Part shown: one piece after another, positions 37,201 through 47,776 of the stretch
Layout of the letters: the number at the start of each line of letters is the position of its first letter
Numbering within the stretch: the first letter of the stretch is position 1
NCBI GenBank assembly: GCA_964444425.1
Contig: CAYUHK010000004.1
Location: forward strand, 12,837-76,836
DNA length: 64,000 nt
DNA from: an uncultured Verrucomicrobiota bacterium
Lineage (GTDB): Bacteria > Verrucomicrobiota > Kiritimatiellia > JAAZAB01
Reading direction: 5' to 3'
Notes under the pieces: generated by a model
The model's input: only the letters and a program-made list of their open reading frames with translations
Databases searched by the model: none
What the model was told of the DNA's origin: nothing
Made by a program: the position numbers and the translations under genes

Positions 37201-38013
37201 TTAGCCTAGCTTGAATTCAGCTGCCATAACGGTGTGGTCTGATGGCGTCTGGCTTAAGCGGGGTTTCAGGTCAATATAAGCATCCAGCGATTTGGCTGCC
37301 AAGGCCGGCGTGGCTAGGATATGGTCTACCCGCCAGCCCATCTTACGCTGCACGGCGTTGGGCGTGCGATAATCGAAATAGCTATATTGACCCGGTTCCG
37401 GCCGGTGTTTACGAAACACGTCCAAAAATCCCCAAGCAACTGTTGCCGCAAATGCTTGGCGAACCGATTGATGATAGCAGACGTTGTTTGCCTGCTTGGC
37501 CGCGTTATGGACATCTTTGGCTTCTGGGGCAACATTCAGATCGCCCACCCAAAGCAGCGGCATATTGGGCTTGAAATGCCGGCCAAACCAGGCGCGCAGC
37601 CGCTCGAACCATTGCAGTTTATATTGATACATGGCATGTTCAATATCGCGCCCCTGCGGGACATAGGTGTTGACGACATATATCGACCCAACTTTAGCTG
37701 ATACTAGGCGGGTTTCATCGGGCGCTAGCCCATCATCCAGTCCAAAGCGAATCTTAGTTGGCTTTAATTTAGAAATCAGCGCGACGCCGTTATAAGATTT
37801 TTCTCCACGAAAAATCACCTGCCAACCAGCCTCAAGCAGTGGCAGAGCTGGAAAGGCTTGGTCCTGCACTTTAGTCTCTTGCAGACATAAAACATCCGGC
37901 TGATGGCGCGCCAGCCAATCTAAAATAATAGCTAGGCGCGCGCGGATAGAGTTCACATTAAATGTAGCGACTTTCAACAATAAACCCGATCTTTCTTTAT
38001 ATCTTTGTGGCAT
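37201..38013 (-). CDS. xth: exodeoxyribonuclease III (AP endonuclease, EEP family)
   Basis: 270 aa with FNVNSIRARL, LCLQETK, GDLNVAP and SDHTPV-like SDHTVM motifs. Confidence 0.85.
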   Translation of the reverse strand: MPQRYKERSGLLLKVATFNVNSIRARLAIILDWLARHQPDVLCLQETKVQDQAFPALPLLEAGWQVIFRGEKSYNGVALISKLKPTKIRFGLDDGLAPDETRLVSAKVGSIYVVNTYVPQGRDIEHAMYQYKLQWFERLRAWFGRHFKPNMPLLWVGDLNVAPEAKDVHNAAKQANNVCYHQSVRQAFAATVAWGFLDVFRKHRPEPGQYSYFDYRTPNAVQRKMGWRVDHILATPALAAKSLDAYIDLKPRLSQTPSDHTVMAAEFKLG

Positions 38014-38135
38014 CCTAATACAAGACCACCGGCCTTTTATTTATAGCTGCTGTTAATAGCTTGAGGCTGGAAGCCAAAAGACAGCATCTTAGGCATAGCA
38101 GCTTCTTTTTTTGGGTCAATATAAGTAATAGCGCC

Positions 38136-38558
38136 TCATTGGTTAGCAGCTGGATCAGCTGGAGCCAGCGCGGCGGGCGTGGCCGGAGCGGCCATGCCTG
38201 ATTCAACACTAATGATGTTCTTCAAGATAATAGCCTGGCCTATTTTGTGACCCTCGCCAACCAACTCGATATTCTTGCCTAGGCATTGCTCTAGATCAAG
38301 CAGTTCTGGCTTGGTTTCCGGCAGCACGATTTTATTGCCCTGTGCTGTTGTCAGCACGTATTTAACCTTAGCTTCTTTGGTTCGGGGCTCTTCCTTAGAC
38401 AATTTTCCAGCCGTCGTGATTTTAACCAATGGTTTTTCTTTCATAGTCTTAGCCAGGCCCGAATGCTTCGGGTTAGTCGGAACAGTTTTTTCGGTGGCCA
38501 TAACAGGCCAAGCGGTCGTAAAACCAAGAAGCATGATTCCAATCAATAAATATTTCAT
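38136..38558 (-). CDS. hypothetical secreted protein
   Basis: About 140 aa starting MKYLLIGIMLLGFTTAWPVMA (signal peptide), Lys-rich, Ala/Pro-rich C-terminus. No recognisable domain. The ORF is open from 38585. Confidence 0.45.
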   Translation of the reverse strand: MKYLLIGIMLLGFTTAWPVMATEKTVPTNPKHSGLAKTMKEKPLVKITTAGKLSKEEPRTKEAKVKYVLTTAQGNKIVLPETKPELLDLEQCLGKNIELVGEGHKIGQAIILKNIISVESGMAAPATPAALAPADPAANQ

Positions 38559-39077
38559 AAATTCGGATTCCTTTAAGATTAACAACGCATGGGGTTTAAT
38601 TCGCTGCTCAAGAATAGGCGCTGGCGAGGTCTGCCGCGTTGCACCTCCTTCTGGTGATTTGTTGGGGAGAACAAACTAGTCCTTTATAGCAGAAAATTGG
38701 GAAAACACAAGGCTGTCCGTGATGTTGAAGCCAGTTGCAGCAAAATTCTCTAGCGCTTCGGCAACAAGGCCTGCGTCCGGGTTTTTAAGCGCGCGTTAAC
38801 TATGGCAGGAGCATTGGTTAGCTTGGCTTTCTTCGATTTCTTGCTTGTAAGAGGGACCCGCTCTTTCCTATCCTATGCCTGGCTTTAAATCGGGTGAATT
38901 ATTTCAGAATGGTTGATAGGCCCGAGAACAGATGCTAACTGGTCTTGGCCATTGCAAGGGTTTCCGGCTACGCTGCAATCATTATGCTTTTGGCGTAGCG
39001 TAATCAAGCCGATCGGCTCTGAGGCAACACTAGTTTTTAAAAAGCAGTCTTTAGAATAAGTTGGATCGTTTAAATAT

Positions 39078-39153
39078 GGGGCAGTAGCTCAGTTGGTAGA
39101 GCATCACGTTCGCAACGTGGGGGCCAGGGGTTCGAATCCCCTCTGCTCCACCA
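39078..39153 (+). tRNA. tRNA-Ala (anticodon CGC)
   Basis: 76-nt cloverleaf. Acceptor stem GGGGCAG/CTGCTCC with G3:U70 Ala identity pair, D-arm GCTCAGTTGGTAGAGC, anticodon loop TTCGCAA, T-arm AGGGGTTCGAATCCCCT, encoded CCA. Confidence 0.9.
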
Positions 39154-39636
39154 TTGATAAAGATAGTTTTTTTAAGCAGCGCCGATAGGCTATTAGCAGC
39201 CGGGTATTGAAAGAGGCTTTTGGCCTCTGCCATTCACACGCGGATCAGGACTGATAATAACCGGCGAGCCATTTGCGTCTGTCATAAAACTCTTAAAAAT
39301 TTTTTGCCGCGCTTTTCTTCTGCAACGATCGGCTTGGCTCTTCAGCTAGGCGCCTAAAAATCCACTTTGTGTTTTACTGAAAAATATGCTTGGTTTTTTG
39401 GAAAAGTTTTTCAACAGCAGCTCGGCCGATATAGCGGAGTAGGCTAGCAGTGCTTTAGAGCAGCAGGCTAGAGTTGATCAGGTCGTCGCCGCGGTTTGGC
39501 TATCAAAACGGGATTTCAGAAATGTTATTTTCAAAAGTTTTTGATAAAATGCGCTTGTTAAAAACTATAAATTAGTGTAGGTTTCGGCCTCGGCGCTTGA
39601 CCGCGCGCGCTCGCAAGAAGTAAGGAGAAAAGCCCT

Positions 39637-40575
39637 ATGCTCAAAGTATTTAATCTACGGAAAACATTTGGCCCTATTCAGGCGGTCAAAGATGTTTCTT
39701 TCCATGTGGATAAAGGAGAAGTGCTTGGTTGCCTGGGCCCTAATGGAGCTGGCAAGACCACGACGATGCGGATGATCACGGGGTTTTTGCCGCCCACTTC
39801 GGGCAGCGCTGTCATTGCTGGGCACGACATCATAGCCAATCCTGTTGCAGCCAAAAAGCTGATCGGCTATTTGCCGGAGAACGCGCCGGTTTACTCTGAT
39901 ATGGCCGTATGGCGCTACTTGGCTTTTATCGCAGAAATTCGAGGTTACCGCGGTGGCCAATTACAAGAGCGGGTGGAGCAAACCATCTCGCAATGTCGGC
40001 TTGAGCCGGTTAAGCATCGGACCATCGGCACCTTGTCCAAAGGCTACCGTCAGCGCACCTGTTTTGCGCAAGCCTTGATTCATGATCCGCCGATTCTGGT
40101 AATGGATGAGCCCACTGATGGCCTTGATCCGAACCAAAAACAAGCCGTACGCGAAATGATCCGTAGCATGGCAGCTCAGAAGGCTATTGTTATTTCCACC
40201 CATATTCTGGAAGAGGTGGAGGCTATTTGCACGCGTGCCATCATAATAGGTAATGGCACTATAGTGGCCAATGGATCTCCTGAGGAATTAAAGACCCGCA
40301 GCCGCAGCTACGGTGCTATCGAGCTGAGGTTTCCGTCTCGGCCGAGCGAACTGCTATCCAACTTGGAGCATTTGACTTCGGCGGCTCAGGTGGAATTACA
40401 CGACCAGTCCGTTATGGTCTATCCGCGCGATCCGCGGCGGCTGTTTGAAGATATAATGCAGCTGCTTAAAGCACATGCCGAGTGGCCCATAACAGGAATA
40501 AAAACATTGGATGGACGCCTGGATGATGTGTTTCGGGATTTAACTCAAGCCGACCCAACTGGCTCGCGTCGTTAA
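39637..40575 (+). CDS. ABC transporter ATP-binding protein (GldA-like, ABC-2 type)
   Basis: 312 aa with Walker A GPNGAGKTT, signature LSKGYRQR and Walker B LVMDEPT. AAGGAG RBS upstream. Confidence 0.85.
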   Translation: MLKVFNLRKTFGPIQAVKDVSFHVDKGEVLGCLGPNGAGKTTTMRMITGFLPPTSGSAVIAGHDIIANPVAAKKLIGYLPENAPVYSDMAVWRYLAFIAEIRGYRGGQLQERVEQTISQCRLEPVKHRTIGTLSKGYRQRTCFAQALIHDPPILVMDEPTDGLDPNQKQAVREMIRSMAAQKAIVISTHILEEVEAICTRAIIIGNGTIVANGSPEELKTRSRSYGAIELRFPSRPSELLSNLEHLTSAAQVELHDQSVMVYPRDPRRLFEDIMQLLKAHAEWPITGIKTLDGRLDDVFRDLTQADPTGSRR

Positions 40576-40592
40576 AGCACAGGAGAACACGC

Positions 40593-41336
40593 ATGGACTC
40601 GATTCGAAATATCACGGCGATCAGCAAGCGAGAATTATTTTCCTATTTTGAGTCGCCGGTGGCTTATGTCTTTCTGGTTGTATTTATAACTCTGATAGGA
40701 TTCCTAACTTTTTTTGTCTCGCGCTTCTACGAGATGGGCCAAGCCGATCTACGTCCGTTTTTCTTTTGGCACCCATGGATGTTTTTGATCCTGGTTCCGG
40801 CGGTGGCGATGCGGCTGTGGGCGGAAGAGCGTCGCTCTGGCACAATTGAAACGCTTTTGACTTTGCCGATCACGCTGACCCAAGCCATCTTGGGTAAATT
40901 TATTGCTGCTTGGATTTTTCTGGGCTTGGCGATTTCGCTTACCTTTCCGATCGTCTTGACTACAGTTTATTTGGGCGCGCCGGATCGCGGCGCCATTATT
41001 GGTGGATATATCGGCAGTTTATTGTTGGCCGGCGCATACCTATCGGTGGGCATGTTGACCTCGGCCTTTACTAGGAACCAGGTGATAAGTTTTGTGCTCG
41101 CGGTGGTGATCTGCTTATTTTTACTTTTGGCCGGCTGGCCGCCAGTGACCGACTTACTGGTGAATTGGGCGCCGAACTGGCTGGTTCGCGGAATAGCCTC
41201 TTGTAGTTTTATGCCTCATTATGAGGCCTTTCAGAAAGGGGTATTGGATATTCGTGATTTTGCCTATTATGTTAGCGTCATGCTTTTTATGCTCTGCGGC
41301 ACTGCCCTGGTGCTAGAGAATCGCAAAGCGGCTTAA
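40593..41336 (+). CDS. ABC-2 family permease (GldF-like)
   Basis: 247 aa with 6 hydrophobic segments, directly downstream of the ATPase. Confidence 0.75.
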   Translation: MDSIRNITAISKRELFSYFESPVAYVFLVVFITLIGFLTFFVSRFYEMGQADLRPFFFWHPWMFLILVPAVAMRLWAEERRSGTIETLLTLPITLTQAILGKFIAAWIFLGLAISLTFPIVLTTVYLGAPDRGAIIGGYIGSLLLAGAYLSVGMLTSAFTRNQVISFVLAVVICLFLLLAGWPPVTDLLVNWAPNWLVRGIASCSFMPHYEAFQKGVLDIRDFAYYVSVMLFMLCGTALVLENRKAA

Positions 41337-41398
41337 GCAGCCCGTGCCGGACTGGCCGAACATAAAACGCAGATTGAAATAGAGGATTAATAAAAACT

Positions 41399-43378
41399 AT
41401 GAACGCTTTGACGCCTCAAAAACCCTCCATCAAAACCGCTGCGCAATCCCGCCGCCTTTGGGGTCTGAGCGGTAGCATTATTGGGATTTTGGTTTTATTG
41501 GCCATTCTATTTGCCGCCAACATCATTCTCGGTACACTGCGCCTGCGAGTTGATCTAACCGAGGATAAAATATTCACGCTCTCAGAAGGCACGCACGGCG
41601 TCCTTAAGAAGCTGGATGCGCCGATTACCTTAAAATTATTTTTTTCGGAGCATGCGGCGAATGCGCCTATGCCTCTTAAAAGCTTTGCGCGCCAGGTGTT
41701 GGATCTTTTGCGCGAATATCAGCTGGCGGCCGGCGGCAATATTTTATTGGAAACATATGATCCCTTGCCGGATTCAGATGCTGAGGAATGGGCTGAGCGG
41801 TATGGTTTGGCCGGCCAAAATCTTAGCTTGCTCGGCGGCCCGGACGCGACCATGTATTTCGGCTTGGTGGCAGTCAAAGGCGACGTCAACTTAGCTATTC
41901 CTTTCATAGATCCTCGGGCCGAAACCTTATTGGAATACAATATTACGCGTTTGATCGCCCGTGTGGCGAATCCTCGCAAACCAAGCGTGGGCGTCATGAG
42001 TAGCCTTGCGGTTTTGGGCGTGCAAAGTTTTCCCTATGCTATGCCGGGGCAAGCGCTTCCTCAGAGCCAGCCGCCCTGGGTTATCTTTCAAAATTTAGCG
42101 GAAGATTATGAGATTCGCCCAATCGCTATGGATGTCGACCAGATCCCTGCCGATATAGATGCCTTGATCATGGTGCATCCTAAAAACTTGTCTGAACAAA
42201 CCCAGTTTGCCATCGATCAATTTGTACTGCGGGGCGGCCGTCTTTTGGCTTTTCTGGACCCCTTGTGTCTGGCCGATGCTGCCAACGCAGATCCCGCGAT
42301 GGCGCGGGGCGCCTCCAAACCTTCATCGGATCTCGGCAAATTGCTTGAGGCATGGGGCATCAACTATGCGTCGGATCTAGTATTGCTCGATATGGAAGCG
42401 AGCACGCGCATCCGCCAGAGCGATAACGCGGTGGAGGATAGCCCTGTATTTTTAAGTTTGCGCGAAGGCAATATAGATGCTCAGCATATAATTACCGCTA
42501 ATCTGCAATCGCTGATCCTGCCTTGCGCTGGCGCCTTTACGGCCAACGAAACTAGCGACCATAATGTTAACTCTTTGCTGGTTTCATCCGAACAATCGCA
42601 ATTGGTTAATTCCATGTCGGCGCCAATGGGGGCGGAAGCTTTGCGCCGAGATTTTAATCCCGGATTAAAACGCAGAAATATTGCGCTGTCCTTGCAGGGC
42701 AATTTTAAGACGGCCTTCCCAGAAGGTCGGCCAAAAGCAAAACTTGATTTAGAAACCAATGATCAGAATACGGATTCAGATCAGGATAAATCGGAAACTC
42801 CCCTTGAGGCGCTTGAGGCCAGTGCGCAGCCAACCAGCATTATTTTGGTGGCTGATGTGGACATGCTATTTGATCAGTTTGCCGTTCAAGAGCTCAGCTT
42901 TTTTGGCCAGCGGGTATTCCAACCCATTAATGATAATATCAATTTCTTCATCAATGCTTTGGAGCAATTGGCCGGCAGCACGGACTTAGCTCAGGTCCGT
43001 TGTCGCGGGCGTTTTGAGCGACCCTTTGACCGCGTGTTGGTGTTACAGCATGCGGCTCAAAAGCGCTGGCTGCTGCAGGAACGGACGCTTCAGGAAAAGC
43101 TCGATGCTACTCGTCAGCGTCTGGAAGCCTTGCAATCGCAGAAGGATAAGAATCAACGCTATATTCTCAGTCCCGAACAGGAACAAGAAATCAACAGCTT
43201 TAAGCAGGAACAAATCAAAACATTGGCTGAACTCAAGAAGGTGCGCAAGAATCTGCGTGAAGGAATTGAGCAACTTGGCGTGATTGTGAAGGTTATCAAT
43301 ATCGCGCTGATGCCTATATTGGTTATCCTAGCTGGCGTGGGGTTAGGCCTTTATCGGCGCCGCCAGACCAAGCAATGA
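41399..43378 (+). CDS. GldG-like ABC-transporter auxiliary protein
   Basis: 659 aa with N-terminal TM, large periplasmic region, a coiled-coil segment and C-terminal TM, third gene of a gldA/F/G-like module. Confidence 0.65.
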   Translation: MNALTPQKPSIKTAAQSRRLWGLSGSIIGILVLLAILFAANIILGTLRLRVDLTEDKIFTLSEGTHGVLKKLDAPITLKLFFSEHAANAPMPLKSFARQVLDLLREYQLAAGGNILLETYDPLPDSDAEEWAERYGLAGQNLSLLGGPDATMYFGLVAVKGDVNLAIPFIDPRAETLLEYNITRLIARVANPRKPSVGVMSSLAVLGVQSFPYAMPGQALPQSQPPWVIFQNLAEDYEIRPIAMDVDQIPADIDALIMVHPKNLSEQTQFAIDQFVLRGGRLLAFLDPLCLADAANADPAMARGASKPSSDLGKLLEAWGINYASDLVLLDMEASTRIRQSDNAVEDSPVFLSLREGNIDAQHIITANLQSLILPCAGAFTANETSDHNVNSLLVSSEQSQLVNSMSAPMGAEALRRDFNPGLKRRNIALSLQGNFKTAFPEGRPKAKLDLETNDQNTDSDQDKSETPLEALEASAQPTSIILVADVDMLFDQFAVQELSFFGQRVFQPINDNINFFINALEQLAGSTDLAQVRCRGRFERPFDRVLVLQHAAQKRWLLQERTLQEKLDATRQRLEALQSQKDKNQRYILSPEQEQEINSFKQEQIKTLAELKKVRKNLREGIEQLGVIVKVINIALMPILVILAGVGLGLYRRRQTKQ

Positions 43379-43394
43379 AAGGAACCAATAAGAT

Positions 43395-44672
43395 ATGAAG
43401 CCGAAAACTCTACTAATGCTAGTTGTCCTGGCCGGCCTGCTGGGGGCTGGGGCTTGGTGGACCATCCAAAAGGAGTCAGCCGCGCCGCCGGCCATGGTAG
43501 GCTCTCAGGTATTGCCGGCCCTCCCGATCAACGCAGTTAATAAAATTATAATACAAACTTCGGCCACTAACACCATCATCGCTAAAACGCAGGGCCTTTG
43601 GAGGGTGGTGAATCGCTTCGAATATCCCGCAAAGTTCGATAAAATTGTTGAGGTCCTTCAGGAACTTAGCGCTCTGAAGATTGGTCAGCTGGTGGCGGCG
43701 AGCGAGGTCCAACTGGAGCAGTTTGATTTACTGCCTCCGGCGCCGGAGGCTCAGCAACCGCTGGCTGCTAAGACCGGCAGCTTGCTGCAGCTGTTCGATG
43801 CCCAAGATCAGATGTTAGCGTCGCTGCTCATCGGCAAACATTTCATGCGGCCGCCACCGGCGGGCCAGCCGAGCAGCCCCTTTGCGCTAGGAGGTTATCC
43901 AGGCGGCCAATACGTCCGCACAGCTTCCGGGCAGGTGTTATTGGTGACCCAGACTTTAGACCAGCTGACCGAAGACGTTAAATATTGGCTGGACGATGAA
44001 TTCATCAATGTAGCGGCCCAGGATATTATAGAAATGAGTGTGACCGGCCCGGGTCGCAACGCCATTTTACTGCAACGTGAAACAGCCGATGCTGCCTTGA
44101 AGCTAATGGATACCGCAGCGAACGAGGATTCGCTGGATACGGCTAAACTTAATCAACTGGCCGGCGCCTTGCAATATCTTAGCTTTGACGATGTAGCTGC
44201 GCCAACACTGCCGGCCGAGGAAACCGGCTTGGATCAACCCAATATCATCAAGGTTCGTACTAAACAGGGTCAGATCTACATCTTGAGCGTTGGCAACACT
44301 GTCAATCCCGATAACTTTGATCGCTACATGCAGGTGAGCTTGGCCTACGAGCCGCCCCCTCAGGCAAGCATTACCGCGGCCGAGGGCGGCTTAGAGAATG
44401 AGGCCGAACAGCTGGCGCAGAAAGCCGATAGCGCGGCCAGCGAGATTTTAGCGGAGCAAACTAAAACCTTACATAGCAAGCTGAGCCCTTGGATTTATGT
44501 GCTTAAATCCTATCGCGCCGAATCCTTACTGATAAAACGCGAAGATTTGATCAAGCAACCCGAGCCGCTTAAGAGCGATAACGCCGCGAGAGCGCTTCCA
44601 CTGGGACCGTCCGCAGGTGGCAGCGCTCAGCCGCTTGTTTGCGCCAAGAATATTGTAAGCCAAGCCGTCTAA
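43395..44672 (+). CDS. DUF4340-like secreted protein associated with GldG-type ABC modules
   Basis: 425 aa with N-terminal signal/TM. Placement directly after the GldG homolog is conserved for DUF4340 proteins. Confidence 0.45.
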   Translation: MKPKTLLMLVVLAGLLGAGAWWTIQKESAAPPAMVGSQVLPALPINAVNKIIIQTSATNTIIAKTQGLWRVVNRFEYPAKFDKIVEVLQELSALKIGQLVAASEVQLEQFDLLPPAPEAQQPLAAKTGSLLQLFDAQDQMLASLLIGKHFMRPPPAGQPSSPFALGGYPGGQYVRTASGQVLLVTQTLDQLTEDVKYWLDDEFINVAAQDIIEMSVTGPGRNAILLQRETADAALKLMDTAANEDSLDTAKLNQLAGALQYLSFDDVAAPTLPAEETGLDQPNIIKVRTKQGQIYILSVGNTVNPDNFDRYMQVSLAYEPPPQASITAAEGGLENEAEQLAQKADSAASEILAEQTKTLHSKLSPWIYVLKSYRAESLLIKREDLIKQPEPLKSDNAARALPLGPSAGGSAQPLVCAKNIVSQAV

Positions 44673-44776
44673 GTTCAAGCGCCTGCGCTCCGCGCCAGGC
44701 ATCCTTATGACCCAGGTTGATTGAGCGTAGAATTTCGATAGTTAAATGCAGTTGAATTACTGATTCGGAGGCCGCT

Positions 44777-45766
44777 ATGGAGCATGCAGATATCACTAAA
44801 ACTAGTAATTTGATCCAGGAACAAGCCAAATCAATTGATCTTTTGCGTCAAGAAGTCATGAAGATCTTGGTGGGTCAGGAACAGCTGTTGGATCGTATGT
44901 TGATGGCTTTGATTACTGGAGGCCATATTTTATTGGAGGGAGTTCCCGGACTAGCCAAGACCACGGCCGTTAAAACCATGGCCCAGGCCATCGGCCTAAA
45001 ATTTCAACGGATCAGTTTTACCCCTGATCTATTACCAGCCGATCTAACCGGCACCATGGTTTATGACCCTCGCAATGGGACTTTTTCGGCCAAAAAGGGG
45101 CCGGTTTTCACCAATCTTTTATTGGCCGATGAAATCAACCGTGCTCCTGCCAAGGTGCAGTCGGCCCTCTTGGAGGCCATGCAGGAGCATCAAATAACTA
45201 TTGGCGACAGCACTTTTGCCCTGCCGGAACCCTTTCTGGTTATGGCCACCCAAAACCCCATAGAACAGGAGGGCACCTATCCCTTGCCGGAGGCCCAGAT
45301 AGATCGTTTTATGTTGAAGTGTAAAGTAAGCTACCCCTCTAAGGACGATGAGCGTCGGATCATGAACCGTTTTACTCGGAAGCATAACGCTCAAGTCAAC
45401 GTTGTCATGCCAGCCGATCGTCTGGCTGCCTTACGCGGGCTTCTCGAGGAAATTTATTGCGACGAGAAGGTAGGCGACTATATCTTAGATTTGGTTGTGG
45501 CGACTCGCCAGCCCTCTGCTTATGGCATCTCCATCGATCACCAAATCGAATACGGCGCTTCGCCGCGCGCCACTCTCTATCTAAACTTGATGGCTAGAGC
45601 TAACGCCATGCTACATGGGCGCGGATATGCTACGCCTCAAGATGTCAAGGAAATCGCCCCCGATGTGTTGCGCCATCGCATCATGCTTACCTATGAAGCG
45701 GAAGCCGAGGAAGTCACTAGCGACGACATTATTGCACGCTTGCTGAACGAGATTTCGGTGCCCTGA
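44777..45766 (+). CDS. MoxR-family AAA+ ATPase
   Basis: 329 aa with Walker A GVPGLAKT and Walker B LLADEINR, typical MoxR length. Confidence 0.9.
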   Translation: MEHADITKTSNLIQEQAKSIDLLRQEVMKILVGQEQLLDRMLMALITGGHILLEGVPGLAKTTAVKTMAQAIGLKFQRISFTPDLLPADLTGTMVYDPRNGTFSAKKGPVFTNLLLADEINRAPAKVQSALLEAMQEHQITIGDSTFALPEPFLVMATQNPIEQEGTYPLPEAQIDRFMLKCKVSYPSKDDERRIMNRFTRKHNAQVNVVMPADRLAALRGLLEEIYCDEKVGDYILDLVVATRQPSAYGISIDHQIEYGASPRATLYLNLMARANAMLHGRGYATPQDVKEIAPDVLRHRIMLTYEAEAEEVTSDDIIARLLNEISVP

Positions 45767-45803
45767 ATAATGTTGAACGAATCAGAGGGCCTAAGCAGGC
45801 TCG

Positions 45804-46739
45804 GTGGCTAGCATTTTATGGTTTGGTAGTATCTGGGATAAGATATCTATGGCCATTGATACTCAAGAATTAATGAAGCAAGTCCGCCGGATCAGAGTGT
45901 TCACCAGCAAGCTGGTGAACGAGCATGTTTCCGGAGAATATCACTCGGTCTTCAAAGGCCGCGGCATGGAATTCGACACTGTGCGTGCCTATGTTGCGGG
46001 CGATGATATCCGCTCGATTGATTGGAATGTTACCGCGCGCACGGGAAATCTCTTTGTTAAGCGTTTCTGCGAGGAACGCGAATTGACCATTATTTTTCTG
46101 GTGGATATTTCTGGCTCCATGCTCTTCGGCAGCCAGTCGCGCTCAAAGGCTGCCGCCGCGGCCGAGTTAACTTGTTTACTGGCTTTATCGGCCATTAAAA
46201 ACCAGGATAAAGTAGGCATGATCTTATTTAGCGATCGTATCGAGCGTTATCTGCCGCCGCGTAAGGGCCGCACGGCTGCCATGCGTTTGGTGCGGGAGGT
46301 ATTGGCGGCCGAGAAGACCCGCCGTGGCACGAATATTAACGCCGCTTTACAATTTCTTAACCGGGTTCAGAAGCGCCGTGCTGTGGTATTTCTGATTTCT
46401 GATCTCATGGCCGACGCTTATGATAACAAGCTGCGCGTTAGCGCACGCCATCACGATCTGATAGTTTGTTCAGTGGCTGACCCGCGCGAGACGGAGCTGA
46501 TCAATATCGGCGTACAGGAAATACTCGATCCCGAAACCGGCGAGCTATTGCTGTTGGATACCAGCTCGCCGGCGTTGTTAAAAAACTTTCGGAATCGAGT
46601 TAAGGCCGAAGAGGCCTCCCGCCAAAAGTTGTTTCAAAAACTGCATGTGGACACCATTTCCATATCAACTGTGAGGCCTTTTGTAGATGACGTGCGGCAT
46701 CTGTTCCATCAGCGTCAGCGCCGGGCCAAGCGGGGCTGA
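45804..46739 (+). CDS. DUF58 (vWA-like) protein, MoxR partner
   Basis: Degenerate vWA fold (LVDISGSM) immediately after moxR. The probable true start is the internal Met at about 45849. Confidence 0.75.
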   Translation: MASILWFGSIWDKISMAIDTQELMKQVRRIRVFTSKLVNEHVSGEYHSVFKGRGMEFDTVRAYVAGDDIRSIDWNVTARTGNLFVKRFCEERELTIIFLVDISGSMLFGSQSRSKAAAAAELTCLLALSAIKNQDKVGMILFSDRIERYLPPRKGRTAAMRLVREVLAAEKTRRGTNINAALQFLNRVQKRRAVVFLISDLMADAYDNKLRVSARHHDLIVCSVADPRETELINIGVQEILDPETGELLLLDTSSPALLKNFRNRVKAEEASRQKLFQKLHVDTISISTVRPFVDDVRHLFHQRQRRAKRG

Positions 46740-46762
46740 TATTTTATATTGTTATTAAGACT

Positions 46763-47776
46763 ATGCCCTCTCGATCCATAATAATATGGCTGCAAGTTTT
46801 GTTGGGCAGCGTCTGGCTATGTCTGCTGGGCGCTTGTCGGCAGTTAGATCAGCCTGCCGCAGCCAGCCCGCCGGCGCGGGTTGAGCAGATGAATGTTGCT
46901 GGCATGGAATACCGCATCACCGCGCAGCCAGCCGAAGTGCGCTTGGATCGCGATGTTTTGCTAACCATTCAAATCAAGGCGCCGATTGGGGCGCTTATCC
47001 AGTTGTCTTCATTAACCAATCGACTGCAAGGCTTTGTGCTTAGCGGCGCATATGATCAAGAGCCGGTTGCTCTAGATGGATTTGTGACCTACGAACATAA
47101 TTTTAAATTGACCCCGACGCTGACGGATGAATATCGCCTAGGAGCCTTGGCGGTAAACTATCTTGATCATAGCCGGGCTCCGCCACAAACCAACTGGTTT
47201 GCCACGCAGCCGATCCTATTTAAAAGCATCCCTTTAACATCCGCCTCAGCATCAACAACCAGTGCCGATATTTTGGGTCCAGCTTGGATTCATCCTTCCT
47301 GGCAGGTTGTTCTATTGTGGAGCTTTGTGCTTCTGCTGTTGGGATTGCTCAGCTATGGGATCTACAAGCTTGGTCGGCGGATGCGCCGGCATATGCAGCT
47401 GCGGCGAATGACGCCCAAAGAACGAGCGCAACGCGAACTGGCTGAGCTATTGGCCAAGGATTTGATCGCTCATAGTCGGTTTAAGGAATTTTATCTGGAA
47501 ATCACTGCAATCGTTCGGCGTTACATTGAGCGGGCGCATGCCATCCGAGCCCCCGAGCAGACCACCGAAGAGTTCCTTGCCGCGGTAACCCAAGATCACC
47601 GTTTCCAGCGCGCAGTAATCCTTAAGCTGCAGATGTTTCTACAGACGGCTGATCTGGTTAAATTCGCCGCTCTTCGGCCGGATCGGCCGACGATTGATAA
47701 AACCGTGAGCACTGCGCGCGACTATCTTGAGACAGATGAACAGAGCCTAAAATCACAGGAAGATAACCATGTTTAG
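46763..47776 (+). CDS. hypothetical membrane protein of the Bat operon (DUF4381-like)
   Basis: 337 aa with signal peptide and a central TM helix (VVLLWSFVLLLLGLLSYGIY), positioned between DUF58 and batA as in Bacteroides/Leptospira bat loci. Confidence 0.45.
   Translation: MPSRSIIIWLQVLLGSVWLCLLGACRQLDQPAAASPPARVEQMNVAGMEYRITAQPAEVRLDRDVLLTIQIKAPIGALIQLSSLTNRLQGFVLSGAYDQEPVALDGFVTYEHNFKLTPTLTDEYRLGALAVNYLDHSRAPPQTNWFATQPILFKSIPLTSASASTTSADILGPAWIHPSWQVVLLWSFVLLLLGLLSYGIYKLGRRMRRHMQLRRMTPKERAQRELAELLAKDLIAHSRFKEFYLEITAIVRRYIERAHAIRAPEQTTEEFLAAVTQDHRFQRAVILKLQMFLQTADLVKFAALRPDRPTIDKTVSTARDYLETDEQSLKSQEDNHV

Noticed and set aside
39051-39233. 60-aa minus-strand ORF overlapping tRNA-Ala
   Set aside because: It completely covers the tRNA gene and is an artefact of the six-frame translation.
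38586-39636. Possible integrated mobile element at tRNA-Ala
   Set aside because: No integrase, transposase or phage genes, and no duplicated tRNA 3' end, are visible in the window. The region is retained only as a low-interest observation.
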